From assembly GCA_963727485.1 (NCBI GenBank), contig CAVSGM010000001.1, positions 672,001 through 736,000 of the forward strand: a stretch of 64,000 bases of DNA, in the 5' to 3' direction. The first letter of the stretch is position 1, and every line of letters begins with the position of its first letter. Under the pieces are notes generated by a model. That model saw nothing but the letters and a program-made list of their open reading frames with translations, was not told the origin of the DNA and ran no database searches. The position numbers and the translations under genes are program-made. Of this stretch, positions 10,657 through 19,899 are shown in pieces. This stretch comes from an uncultured delta proteobacterium. Lineage in GTDB: Bacteria; Myxococcota; Myxococcia; SLRQ01.

Positions 10657-11237
10657 GGTGCCGCCGCGCCAACCTGGCCGCCTTCGCCTTGGCCCTCGTC
10701 CTCGCCGCGCCCGCCGTGGCCCACGCCAATCCGCTGACCCTGCGCCTCCCGGCGCCGCCGACCCGGGGCGTGACCCTGGCCCTCGGCGCGCCGACCCTCT
10801 CCGCCGGCGGCTGGCTCACGCCGCACCTGGGCCTCGCCGTCTCCTGGCGCCTCCCGGCGGTGAGCGTGGAGGTGGCGGGGGCGTTGCGGGGGGGGCTCCT
10901 CGGCGGCGACCGGGGCTTCGGCGTCGATGCCGTCGCCGACGCGGGCCTGGTGGTGCCCCAGCTCACCCTCGGCGCCGCCGTGGAGGTGGGGGGCAGCGTC
11001 CGGGGCCGGTGGCGGGGCGCGTGGCTCGACGTGGGCCTCGGGATCTCCGGGGCGGTGGCGGCGGGGTGGGCCGGGGGCTTCGGGGTCCGGGCGCCGCTGC
11101 GTCTCGAGCCCTCGGTGGCCCTGACCTTCGGGCGCCTCTCGGTGGGCCTCGCCGGCGGGGCCGGCCTCACCTTCGTCGCCGGCCTCCATCCGTCCTGGGC
11201 CCTCGAGGGCGCGGTCTTCGCCGCCTGGCGGCTCTGA
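10653..11237 (+). CDS. Hypothetical secreted/outer-membrane beta-strand protein
   Basis: Signal peptide (AHA); alternating amphipathic strands; ends AWRL. Confidence 0.55.
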   Translation: MRCRRANLAAFALALVLAAPAVAHANPLTLRLPAPPTRGVTLALGAPTLSAGGWLTPHLGLAVSWRLPAVSVEVAGALRGGLLGGDRGFGVDAVADAGLVVPQLTLGAAVEVGGSVRGRWRGAWLDVGLGISGAVAAGWAGGFGVRAPLRLEPSVALTFGRLSVGLAGGAGLTFVAGLHPSWALEGAVFAAWRL

Positions 11238-11341
11238 GCGCGCGAAGGCGGGCCGAATCCGGCTGCCGGTTCCTTGCTTCGGCCCCTGGCGCGCATCAAT
11301 ATGAAGGGAGCGCCAGGGGGCGCTACTTCCCGGGGGGGAGC

Positions 11342-11932
11342 ATGTCGGAGACGCTCGTACTCGATGCCGAGGGCCGCTTCAGCGGTGACGGCGACGCCGA
11401 GCGCCAGCTCCAGGGCCGCGCCGGCCCCTGGCGGCTGGTGCCCACCAGCCAGGACCTCCTGGTCCTCCACCGCGAGCGCCCCTCGGGCACCGGCGACGGG
11501 CCCCGGGTGGTGGTCTGCGGGGACGTCTCGGGCTTCGGCCTCGGGGACCTCCTCGCCGCCCTGGGCATGGGCCGGTGGACCGGGGTGGTGCGGGTCCGCG
11601 CCGGTGAGGTGGAGCGTGAGCTGGGCCTGCGCCAGGGGCGGGTGGTCCAGGCCTTCTCCAACAATCCCGAGGACGCCCTCGACGCGGTCCTCGCCCGGGC
11701 CCGCCTCGGCCGCGCCCGGCGCCCGCGCCCCGCGGAGCTCGCCCAGGCGGTGCGCCGGCAGGCCGAGGAGATCTTCTGCGCCCTGCTCCGGATGGCGCCG
11801 GGGGTCTTCTTCCTGGTCGACGCGCCGGTGTGCGCCGCCTCGGGCGTCGATCTGGAGCTCGACCACCTGCTCCTCGAGGCCCTGCGCCGGCAGGACGAAG
11901 CCGGGCGCGACCGGGCCGCCGCCGGACGCTAG
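11342..11932 (+). CDS. DUF4388-like protein (short paralog)
   Basis: GDVSGFGLGDLLAALGMGRWTGVVRV...LDHLLLEALRRQDE; colinear with the gene at 14504-15781. Confidence 0.75.
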   Translation: MSETLVLDAEGRFSGDGDAERQLQGRAGPWRLVPTSQDLLVLHRERPSGTGDGPRVVVCGDVSGFGLGDLLAALGMGRWTGVVRVRAGEVERELGLRQGRVVQAFSNNPEDALDAVLARARLGRARRPRPAELAQAVRRQAEEIFCALLRMAPGVFFLVDAPVCAASGVDLELDHLLLEALRRQDEAGRDRAAAGR

Positions 11933-11962
11933 GCCGAGGTTGCCACCGCGGCCGTCCGGGGC

Positions 11963-13489
11963 CTACCGCCGCTTCCCGCCCGCGCGCTGGCGCCGCACGC
12001 CGAGGCGCTTCCCGGCTCCGCGCGTCCCGGTGTCGCCGCGGCCCCCACCGCGCCGCCCCGACCCGCGCTTGCCGGTCTTCCGCCGCTCGGCCCGGGCCCG
12101 GGCCTGGGCGGCGAAGCCCTCGTTGAGCAGCTTGCCGCACCAGGGGCAGTGGCCGAAGAGGCCCTTCTCCACCGAGAAGCCGCAGTCGTCGCACTTCTGC
12201 TCCATGCCCCGGGTGTGCCAGGTGTAGCTCTCGCCGCACCAGGGGCAGAAGCTCATGTAGCGCATCATCGGGCCCTGGCAGCGGGTGCAGCTGTCCTCGT
12301 AGCGCGGGTCCCGGGTGGGCCTGGGGGCGTCGGCGTCGGCGGATTGGAGGTAGCGCTCGCCGCACCAGGGGCAGCGGTGCCACTCGTCGTGCATCCCGTG
12401 CTCGCAGCGCTCGCAGTACCGCGGAAACGTCGCGTCGCTGCGGAAGCGCAACAGGTCGCCGCACCAGGGGCAGAAGAGCATCCCCTCGCTCACCGGGCCC
12501 CGGCACTCGACGCAGACCCACTCCAGGCCAAAGGGCTTCATGGCCGCGGCGAAGCGCTGCTCGAACTCGGCCCACCGGCGCTCGAGGTCGACCCGCTGGC
12601 GCTTGAGGTTGGCGGCGTCGACCAGCTGCTTGAGGCGGCGCCGGGTCGAGGGCCCGGTCAGCGCCTTGAACCGGCGCTCGATGACGGTCATGTCGTCGAG
12701 GCGGGCGGCGGGGTTGGGGGCGAGGAGGCGCTCGGCGAGGTGGCTCGCCCTCGCGCCGCCCCGGGCGGCCAGGAGCCGGGACACCGGCGCGGTGCGCGCC
12801 CGGGCGGTGCGGGTCCGGGGGAGCTTGCCGGTGACCGCCATGTGGAAGAGCGCCCCGAGGGCGTAGGCGTCGGCGGCGTTGTCCACCCGGCCCTGGGCGG
12901 TCTCCGGCGCCGCGTAGCCCGGGGTGAAGATCACCGTCTGCCGGGCTTGGGCCTGGGCGGTGCGCGAGGCGCCGAAGTCCCCGAGCTTCACCCACGCCCC
13001 CTCGCAGAACACGTTGTCGGGCTTCACGTCCCGGTGGACCAGGCCCCGGCGGTGCATGTGGGCGAGGCCCCGGGCCACCTGCCGGCAAATCTCCGCGGCG
13101 ACGTCCACGGGGATCACGTCCTGGTCCTCGAGGATGGTGACCAGGTCCGGCCCGTCCACGTACTCCATGACCAGGTAGAGGCCGTGGGTCCGGCACACGC
13201 CGGAGCCGACGATGCTGACCAGGTTGGGCTGGCGCAGCCGCCGGGCGTTGACGAACTCGTGCATCAGCGAGCGCTGCTGCACCGGGGTGAAGGTCCGCAC
13301 GCCCTTGACCGCCACCAGCTCGCCGTGGCGCTTCTCGTCGGCGCAGAGGAGCACGGTGGCGAACGCGCCCTCGCCCAGCGGCCGCAGGATCCGGTAGCGG
13401 TCGTCGATGTAGGCGGTCTCGTCGGCGTCGAGGCCGGCGAGGTCGAAGAGGTCCTCCGCCGTCGCGGAAAGCTTGGCCCGGGGCGCCAT
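11963..13489 (-). CDS. Hanks-type Ser/Thr protein kinase with four C-terminal zinc ribbons
   Basis: LGEGAFATV, VAVK, HRDVKPDN, DFG, YAAPE; four CxxC...CPWCG units. Confidence 0.92.
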   Translation of the reverse strand: MAPRAKLSATAEDLFDLAGLDADETAYIDDRYRILRPLGEGAFATVLLCADEKRHGELVAVKGVRTFTPVQQRSLMHEFVNARRLRQPNLVSIVGSGVCRTHGLYLVMEYVDGPDLVTILEDQDVIPVDVAAEICRQVARGLAHMHRRGLVHRDVKPDNVFCEGAWVKLGDFGASRTAQAQARQTVIFTPGYAAPETAQGRVDNAADAYALGALFHMAVTGKLPRTRTARARTAPVSRLLAARGGARASHLAERLLAPNPAARLDDMTVIERRFKALTGPSTRRRLKQLVDAANLKRQRVDLERRWAEFEQRFAAAMKPFGLEWVCVECRGPVSEGMLFCPWCGDLLRFRSDATFPRYCERCEHGMHDEWHRCPWCGERYLQSADADAPRPTRDPRYEDSCTRCQGPMMRYMSFCPWCGESYTWHTRGMEQKCDDCGFSVEKGLFGHCPWCGKLLNEGFAAQARARAERRKTGKRGSGRRGGGRGDTGTRGAGKRLGVRRQRAGGKRR

Positions 13490-13501
13490 GGGGCCCGGAC
13501 G

Positions 13502-14500
13502 TTAGCCCGTTCCCGACAGCTCTGCCAGCACCACCGTGGCGTAGGCCCCGGGGGGCAGGGAGAAGGCGAGGACCAGGTCGTCGCCCTCGGGCTCGGCCGT
13601 AGGGTCCGTGACGGGGATCCGGGCGGGCCGGCGGGCGCCCTTCGCGTCCCGGCCGCCGGCCCGGAAGGCCTCCTGGGTCAGGCCCGCGTGGACCAGGACG
13701 GCCTCCTCCCGCTCGCCCGCGGGGCCCTCGGCGCGCCGGCCCTTGTGGCCGAAGAGGGGTCCGGTGGGGTCGAGCTCGCCGGCGCCGACCCGGGGGGTGT
13801 CGGTGGCCGGGTCGTCGCAGCGGAAGATGCCCCCCGAGGCCCGGACCTGGAGGAGGTCGCCCTCGACCGCGGCGTGGAGCAGGCCGTCGTCGAAGCGCCG
13901 GTCGAGCCAGTCGTTGAAGAGCTGGGACTGGAGGGCCGAGAGGTAGAGGCGCCGGTGGTAGCGGCTGCGCACCTGGAGGCTGCCCTCGAGGATCGCCCGG
14001 CCCTGGTCGGCGTTGTCGCCCCGGCGGCCGAAGCGCTGGGGGCCGAAGTAGTTGGGGAGGCCCTCGGCGTCGAGGCGCGCGAGGATCGCCCGCGCCGCCT
14101 CGAGGTCGGCGGCGGCGCCCCGGAGGCGGAGGGTGAACCGGTTCCCCGAGAGGTGGCCGGTCTTCAGCTTGTTGCCGTGGCGCCCGGTCTCGACCACCCG
14201 CCAGCCCTCACCTTCGGGCAGCGCGTCGAGGTCGCCCCAGGGCACGCTCATCCACTGGCGGGTCACCGCCTGGCGGTCCTTCTGCCCGGCGACCCCCACC
14301 TCGCCGGGGCGGATCCCCAGGGCCCGGGCCAGCTCCACCACCACGTCCTGGGTGTTCAGGCCCCGCTTCTCCACCTTGAGGAAGCGGTGCTCGCCCTCGC
14401 CCGAGAGGGGGTAGCGGGGGAGCTCGTCGACCACGAAGTCCTCGGGGACGACCTTGGTGAGGCCCCGCACCACCGGGAGCCCTTCGCAGAGGCGGCGCAT
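13502..14500 (-). CDS. truD: tRNA pseudouridine(13) synthase
   Basis: PEDFVVDE, AGQKDRQAVTRQ, GNRF, PNYFGPQRFG, LPPGAYAT. Confidence 0.95.
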   Translation of the reverse strand: MRRLCEGLPVVRGLTKVVPEDFVVDELPRYPLSGEGEHRFLKVEKRGLNTQDVVVELARALGIRPGEVGVAGQKDRQAVTRQWMSVPWGDLDALPEGEGWRVVETGRHGNKLKTGHLSGNRFTLRLRGAAADLEAARAILARLDAEGLPNYFGPQRFGRRGDNADQGRAILEGSLQVRSRYHRRLYLSALQSQLFNDWLDRRFDDGLLHAAVEGDLLQVRASGGIFRCDDPATDTPRVGAGELDPTGPLFGHKGRRAEGPAGEREEAVLVHAGLTQEAFRAGGRDAKGARRPARIPVTDPTAEPEGDDLVLAFSLPPGAYATVVLAELSGTG

Positions 14501-14503
14501 GGG

Positions 14504-15781
14504 CTACTGCTCCAGGAGCTCGTAGATGACCTTCACCCGGCGCGAGAGGTCCTCGTCGCGTTCCGGGGGAAGGAGCTCGCCGGCCTGGAAGAGCTCGAAG
14601 AACATCAGCTCGTTGAGCGCCTCGTAGAGGAACCGGGTGGGCGAGGGGGCGCGGCCCGGATCGAGGCCGCCGAGGTGGGTGAGGACCTGGTCCTCGGGGA
14701 GCATCCCCTCGTCGTCGAGCTTCAGGCCGTGGAAGAGATTGGGGTAGCCGTGATGGTCGGCGCCGAGGAAGGCGTCGGTGCCCAGGCGGAAGCCCACGGT
14801 GGGGGCGACGCGGCCGACCTCCTCGAAGATCTCCCGGAACACGGTGTTGAACACCCGGACGATCTCCTTCACCTCGGGGTTGAGCTGGGGGGCGGCGCCG
14901 CCGAGGCCGGGCTGGGGCTTCTCGGCGACCACCGCCACGTAGCCCGACTCGGCGAGGCCGAAGAGGGCCTTGGTGGCGTCGAACTCGGGCAGGTGGCTCG
15001 CCTGGGCGATCTCCCGGACGGTGTGCTTGCCGTCGACCTGCTCGAAGACCGCGGTCTCCTGGGCGTTGAGCTTCTCGGGTCGCCGGCCCCGCCGGACCAC
15101 GTAGGCCTCCTGGTCGGGGATGCGCTTCCTGAAGTGGCCCATCTCGTCGATGCGCCGCAGCCCGTCCATGAGCAGGGCGTTGAGGTCGAGGTTGAGCTGG
15201 GCGGCGAAGCGTGCGTCCACCGGGTCGTTGAAGAGGGAGAACACCCCGTGGTCCATCACCAGCACCGAGAAGAAGATCTCCTGGATCTGGTGGGTGATGG
15301 CCTTGTAGAGGCCGGCCGCGTCGAGGAGCCCGGAGCCCAGGAGGAGCTGGCCGATGCGCGCGCCCGGCGGCGGGGTCTTCTCCAGGGCCCGCTCGATGGC
15401 GTCGCCGGCGACGAGGCCGAGGCGCTGCACCACCTCGCCGAGGCGGTCGGAGGGGAGGTTGCTGGTGGCCCAGCGCACGGAGCCCTGGCGGATGAACACC
15501 GACTTCTCCACGCCGCCGCTGGCCACGTTGAGGACGCCGGTCCACCGGGACTGGGCGAGGAAGGCCACCAGCTCGCCGAGGCCGATGCCCCCGAGGTCAC
15601 CGGTGAGCACGGCGCGGACGCCCTCGGCGGGGTGGTCGACGCGCTGTCGCCGGAGGAGGACGAGGTCCGGCGACGCCGGGAGGATGCGCCACCGCCCCTC
15701 CTTGTCGGAGAGGTAGCGCCTCCCGGGCTCGCCGTCTGCCGAGAGGCGGCCCTTCTTGTCCAGCGATAGGTACTCGGGCAT
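14504..15781 (-). CDS. DUF4388 domain protein with tandem MshEN-like motifs and a winged-helix-like region
   Basis: GDLGGIGLGELVAFLAQSRWTGVL; RLGEVVQRLGLV; RIGQLLLGSGLL...HQ; LLMDGLRRIDE; VDGKHTVREI. Confidence 0.8.
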   Translation of the reverse strand: MPEYLSLDKKGRLSADGEPGRRYLSDKEGRWRILPASPDLVLLRRQRVDHPAEGVRAVLTGDLGGIGLGELVAFLAQSRWTGVLNVASGGVEKSVFIRQGSVRWATSNLPSDRLGEVVQRLGLVAGDAIERALEKTPPPGARIGQLLLGSGLLDAAGLYKAITHQIQEIFFSVLVMDHGVFSLFNDPVDARFAAQLNLDLNALLMDGLRRIDEMGHFRKRIPDQEAYVVRRGRRPEKLNAQETAVFEQVDGKHTVREIAQASHLPEFDATKALFGLAESGYVAVVAEKPQPGLGGAAPQLNPEVKEIVRVFNTVFREIFEEVGRVAPTVGFRLGTDAFLGADHHGYPNLFHGLKLDDEGMLPEDQVLTHLGGLDPGRAPSPTRFLYEALNELMFFELFQAGELLPPERDEDLSRRVKVIYELLEQ

Positions 15782-15941
15782 GCCGTCTTCGGGGTGGGGT
15801 GTGGGGCCCCCGCCCGGGTCCAGGTGTAGCACGGGGCAGGGCGGCCGGCCACTTGGCGAGAGGCCGTCCATGGCCCCCCGGCCCCATGGATAGTGCCTCC
15901 GGAGGCACACCGGTGTAGTTTGGACCGCCGAGGAGGCCCCC

Positions 15942-17786
15942 ATGGAAGCGCCCACCGCCGACACCCTCTTCGCGCGCCCCGACGTGGAGATGGAGACCCG
16001 GGACGACGGGACCCGGATCCTCCGCAGCCGCACGCGGCTGGCCACGCCGGAGCGGAGCCTGGGGGCGATGCTCCGTCAGGGCGCCGAGGACGTCCCCGAC
16101 CGGGTGATGCTCGCCGAGCGCGACGCCGCCGGGGGGTGGCGGAAGGTCACCTGGGCCGAGGCGGCCCAGGCGGCGGCGTCCATCGGCCAGGCGCTCCTCG
16201 ATCGGAAGCTCGGCCCCGAGCGGCCCCTGATGATCCTCTCGGGGAACTCGGTGGACCACGCCCTGATGACCCTGGGGGCGCTGTGGGCCGGGGTCCCGGT
16301 GGCCCCGGTGTCGGCGGCCTACTCGCTGATGAGCCGGGACTTCGCCAAGCTGGGGCACGTCTACGGGCAGGTGAAGCCGGGGCTCGTCTTCGCCGATCGG
16401 GGCACGGTCTTCGCCCCGGCGCTCGAGGCCCTCGGCGACAGGCGGGTGGAGCTGGTGGTCAGCGACGCGGCGCCGGCCGGGCGCCGGGCGACGCTGCTGG
16501 CGAAGCTTGTGGGTACGCCGCCGCGCAAGCAGGTCGCCGAGGCCGCCGCCGAGGTGGGCCCGGAGACCATCGCCAAGATCCTGTTCACCTCCGGGTCCAC
16601 CGACACGCCCAAGGGCGTCATCAACACCCACGGGATGCTCACGGCCAACCAGCAGGCCATCGCCCAGTGCTGGCCGTTCCTGGAGGAGACCCCGCCGGTG
16701 CTGGTGGACTGGCTGCCCTGGAGCCACACCTTCGGGGGCAACCACAACTTCAACATGGTGCTGCGCCACGGCGGCACCCTCTACGTCGACGAGGGCAAGC
16801 CGGCGCCGGGCCGGGTCGAGGAGACGGTGGCCAACCTCCGGGAGGTGTCGCCGACGGTCTACTTCAACGTGCCCGCGGGCTACGGCGCGCTGCTCCCGTT
16901 CCTCGAGCGCGACGCCGAGCTGCGCGGGCGCTTCTTCGCGCGGCTGCAGGTGCTCTTCTACGCCGCGGCGGCGCTCCCCGACGACCTGTGGCAGCGCCTC
17001 GACCGCCTGGCCCGCGAGACCCTGGGCCACCCGGTGGTCCTCACCTCGGCCTGGGGCTCCACCGAGACCTCGCCGCTGGCCACCAGCGCCCACTTCGCGC
17101 TCTCGCACGCAGGCAACATCGGGGTGCCGCCCCCGGGGACGTCGATCAAGCTGGTCCCCAACGGCGCCAAGCAGGAGCTGCGGGTGAAGGGCCCCTCGGT
17201 GATGCCCGGGTACTGGCGCCGCCCGGAGCTCACGGCGAAGGCCTTCGACGCCGACGGCTTCTACCGCATCGGCGACGCCGGCAAGCTCGCCGACCCCTCG
17301 GATCCCAACGCGGGGATCCTCTTCGACGGCCGGGTGGCCGAGGACTTCAAGCTCACCACCGGCACCTGGGTGAGCGTGGGCACCCTGCGGGTGTCGGTGC
17401 TGGAGGCCATGTCGCCTCTGGTCCAGGACGCGGTGGTCGCCGGCCACGACCGCGACTACCTCTCGCTGCTGCTCTGGCCCAACGTGGCGGCGTGCAAGGC
17501 GGCCTTCCGCCTCGACGACGAGGCGACGGCCGACGACGTGGTGAACTTCCCCGAGCTCCAGCACCAAATCGTCGAGCGGCTGCGCCTCCACAACGCCGAG
17601 CACACCGGCCGCAGCGAGCGCATCGGCCGGGTGATGCTGATGACCGAGCCGCCGTCCATCGACGCCGGCGAGATCACCGACAAGGGCTACGTGAACCAGC
17701 GGGCGACCCTGGAGCGGCGGGCCGAGCTGGTCCAGGCGCTCTACCGGGAGCCGCCGGGCGACGGGGTGATGCTGGTGGAGGTGTGA
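15942..17786 (+). CDS. fcs: Feruloyl-CoA synthase-like acyl-CoA ligase
   Basis: LFTSGSTDTPKGV, WLPWSHTFGGNHN, WGSTET, GRVAEDFKLTTGTWV, EITDKGYVNQR; GAGGAGG RBS. Confidence 0.9.
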   Translation: MEAPTADTLFARPDVEMETRDDGTRILRSRTRLATPERSLGAMLRQGAEDVPDRVMLAERDAAGGWRKVTWAEAAQAAASIGQALLDRKLGPERPLMILSGNSVDHALMTLGALWAGVPVAPVSAAYSLMSRDFAKLGHVYGQVKPGLVFADRGTVFAPALEALGDRRVELVVSDAAPAGRRATLLAKLVGTPPRKQVAEAAAEVGPETIAKILFTSGSTDTPKGVINTHGMLTANQQAIAQCWPFLEETPPVLVDWLPWSHTFGGNHNFNMVLRHGGTLYVDEGKPAPGRVEETVANLREVSPTVYFNVPAGYGALLPFLERDAELRGRFFARLQVLFYAAAALPDDLWQRLDRLARETLGHPVVLTSAWGSTETSPLATSAHFALSHAGNIGVPPPGTSIKLVPNGAKQELRVKGPSVMPGYWRRPELTAKAFDADGFYRIGDAGKLADPSDPNAGILFDGRVAEDFKLTTGTWVSVGTLRVSVLEAMSPLVQDAVVAGHDRDYLSLLLWPNVAACKAAFRLDDEATADDVVNFPELQHQIVERLRLHNAEHTGRSERIGRVMLMTEPPSIDAGEITDKGYVNQRATLERRAELVQALYREPPGDGVMLVEV

Positions 17787-19075
17787 GCGCGGCGCGGGCG
17801 GGGCGTGCGCCGGGGCCGGTGACCGTGTCCGGCGGCGCTGCGGCGCGGTTCCTGCTGTGGCACCAGGGGCTCCTCGATGCCGATGGGCTCGCCGAGGCGC
17901 TCGGTGGCTCGGGGAGCGGTGGACCGGTGGCGAGCGGTCCCTGGCGCGGTGAGCTCCGGGGCGTCGAGGGGGCGCTCACGGCCCTGCGCCGCCTGGAGGC
18001 GGTGCAGATCGACCCGGTGGCGGTGGTGGCGCCGAACCACCACCTGGTGCTCCGGGCCCGGGTCGGCGGCTACCGGCCCAGCTACCTGGAGGCGCTCTTC
18101 GCGCGCCAGGCGGTCTGCGAGTACTACCTCCACGCCCGCTGCTTCCTGCCCCTCGAGGACTTCCCCCTCGGTGCCCCGCGCATGGCGCGGGTGACGGCGC
18201 GGCACCGGGCGCGCTTCCCCGAGCTCGAGCCGGTGAAGCGCGCGGTCCTCGCCCGGATGCGCGCCGAGGGCCCGCTCCCGGCCCGGGCCTTCGAGTCGGA
18301 GAAGGTCACGGGCTTCTGGGGCACGCCGATGAAGGCCACGAGCCTGGCCATCGACCTCCTCTGGGACGAGGGGCGGCTGATGGTCGCAAGTCGCGATGGG
18401 GGCGAGCGCCGCTTCGACGTCGTCGAGCGTCTCCTGCCCCCCGAGGTCGCCGAGGATCTGCGGCAGCTTCGCCGCCGCCCGGCCGAGGCCCACGCCCGCG
18501 GCGCCCTCAAGCAGCTGCGCACCGAGGGCCTGGTGGCGCGCCCCGGTGGCTGGCTCCGGCGCCCGGCCGCCGAGCGGAAGGCCTGGACCGACGCCCAGCT
18601 CGCCGCCGGCGTCATCCGCGAGGTGGCCATCGAAGGCGTCCGCCGGCGCTACCACGTCCTCGCCGAGCAGGTGCCGGCGCTGCTGGCCATGGAGCAGGTC
18701 CGCGCCCGCCCCCGGGTGCACCTGCTGGCGCCCCTCGACAACCTCATGTGGAGCCGCCCGCGCCTCGCCGACGTCTTCGGCTTCGACTACCGCTGGGAGA
18801 TCTACACGCCGGCAAAGCAGCGGAGGTACGGCGCCTACACCATGCCCGTCCTCGAGGGCGACCGCTTCGTGGGCCGGGTCGACGCCAAGGCCAACCGCGG
18901 CGCCGGCCGCCTGGAGGTGGCGGCGGTGCACTGGGAGGACGGCGTCCCCGTGGGGCCGCGCCGCCAGGCCCGGGTGGCGCGGGCCCTGGGCGACCTGGCG
19001 CGGTGGCTGGGGCTGGGGCTGGGGCTGGGGCTGGGCGACGGCGTGGCGCTCGGTCCGGGGACGCTCGGCGCCTAA
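17783..19075 (+). CDS. YcaQ/AlkZ-like crosslink-repair DNA glycosylase (HTH_42)
   Basis: VQIDPVAVV (QxD), LLAPLDNL, FGFDYRWEIYTPAKQRRYGAY, VGRVDAK. Confidence 0.85.
   Translation: MSAARAGRAPGPVTVSGGAAARFLLWHQGLLDADGLAEALGGSGSGGPVASGPWRGELRGVEGALTALRRLEAVQIDPVAVVAPNHHLVLRARVGGYRPSYLEALFARQAVCEYYLHARCFLPLEDFPLGAPRMARVTARHRARFPELEPVKRAVLARMRAEGPLPARAFESEKVTGFWGTPMKATSLAIDLLWDEGRLMVASRDGGERRFDVVERLLPPEVAEDLRQLRRRPAEAHARGALKQLRTEGLVARPGGWLRRPAAERKAWTDAQLAAGVIREVAIEGVRRRYHVLAEQVPALLAMEQVRARPRVHLLAPLDNLMWSRPRLADVFGFDYRWEIYTPAKQRRYGAYTMPVLEGDRFVGRVDAKANRGAGRLEVAAVHWEDGVPVGPRRQARVARALGDLARWLGLGLGLGLGDGVALGPGTLGA
19007..19035 (+). repeat. (CTGGGG)4+ hexamer microsatellite in the 3' end of the ycaQ-like gene
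   Basis: ctggggctggggctggggctggggctggg, encoding (LG)5. Confidence 0.85.
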
Positions 19076-19168
19076 TTCAGCAGTGCTGTATTGGGACCCG
19101 GGACCAGGTCCCGCGCCCCCGGCGTGCGGTATACGTTGTTGGGCCCCTCCGCCAGGAGCGCCTGCCCG

Positions 19169-19516
19169 ATGCCCCGACCCAAGGACCCGGCCAAGACCCG
19201 CGCCGCCGCCGCGCACCCAGACCGCCCCGGCGCCGAGTGCAGAGCCGAGCCGGGCGCCTCGGTGCCGGTGGTCGACCGCACCCGGTGCGAGGGCAAGAAC
19301 GACTGCGTCCTGGTGTGCCCCTACCAGGTCTTCGAGGTGCGCCGCATGGACGACGCGGACTTCGCGGCCCTGGACTTCTTCGCCCGCCTCAGGAGCCGCG
19401 CCCACCGCCGGCGCACCGCCTACACCCCGGGCGCGGCCAACTGTCACGCCTGCGGCCTCTGCGTGGTCGCCTGCCCCGAGCGGGCGATCACCCTGGTCGA
19501 GCGATCGCCCGCCTAG
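19169..19516 (+). CDS. 4Fe-4S ferredoxin family protein
   Basis: CEGKNDCVLVCP and CHACGLCVVACP; AGGAG RBS. Confidence 0.85.
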   Translation: MPRPKDPAKTRAAAAHPDRPGAECRAEPGASVPVVDRTRCEGKNDCVLVCPYQVFEVRRMDDADFAALDFFARLRSRAHRRRTAYTPGAANCHACGLCVVACPERAITLVERSPA

Positions 19517-19535
19517 GGCGCGCCGGGGCGTCGCG

Positions 19536-19844
19536 CTACTTCTGGCAGTGGCCCGAGCTGCAGTGGCCGCCGCCCGGGCACTCCGAGTCGAAGTTGCAGG
19601 AGCCGTCGGGGGCGTTGGAGCACTTGCCGCTGTGGCACTTGGCGCCGTGCCCGCCGCAGTCCGAGTCGAAGTTGCACGAGCCGCCGGCCGCGTCGGCGCA
19701 GTGCCCGGAGCTGCACTTCACGCCCTTGTGGCAGTCGCTGTTGAAGTTGCACTTCCCGTAGTCGCCGGCGTGGGCGGCGGTGGGCACGGCGGCGAGGGCG
19801 AAGAGCAGGGCGGCGGGGATGAGCAGCGCCTTGAGTCGATGCAT
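19536..19844 (-). CDS. Small secreted Cys-rich protein with three CNFxS(D/E)C repeats
   Basis: Signal peptide ending AHA; three four-Cys modules; GGGAGG RBS. Confidence 0.8.
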   Translation of the reverse strand: MHRLKALLIPAALLFALAAVPTAAHAGDYGKCNFNSDCHKGVKCSSGHCADAAGGSCNFDSDCGGHGAKCHSGKCSNAPDGSCNFDSECPGGGHCSSGHCQK

Positions 19845-19899
19845 GTGGGTCCTCCCAGACCAGGTGAGGGGGCACGAGCGGGGTGCCCCAGTCGGCAGC

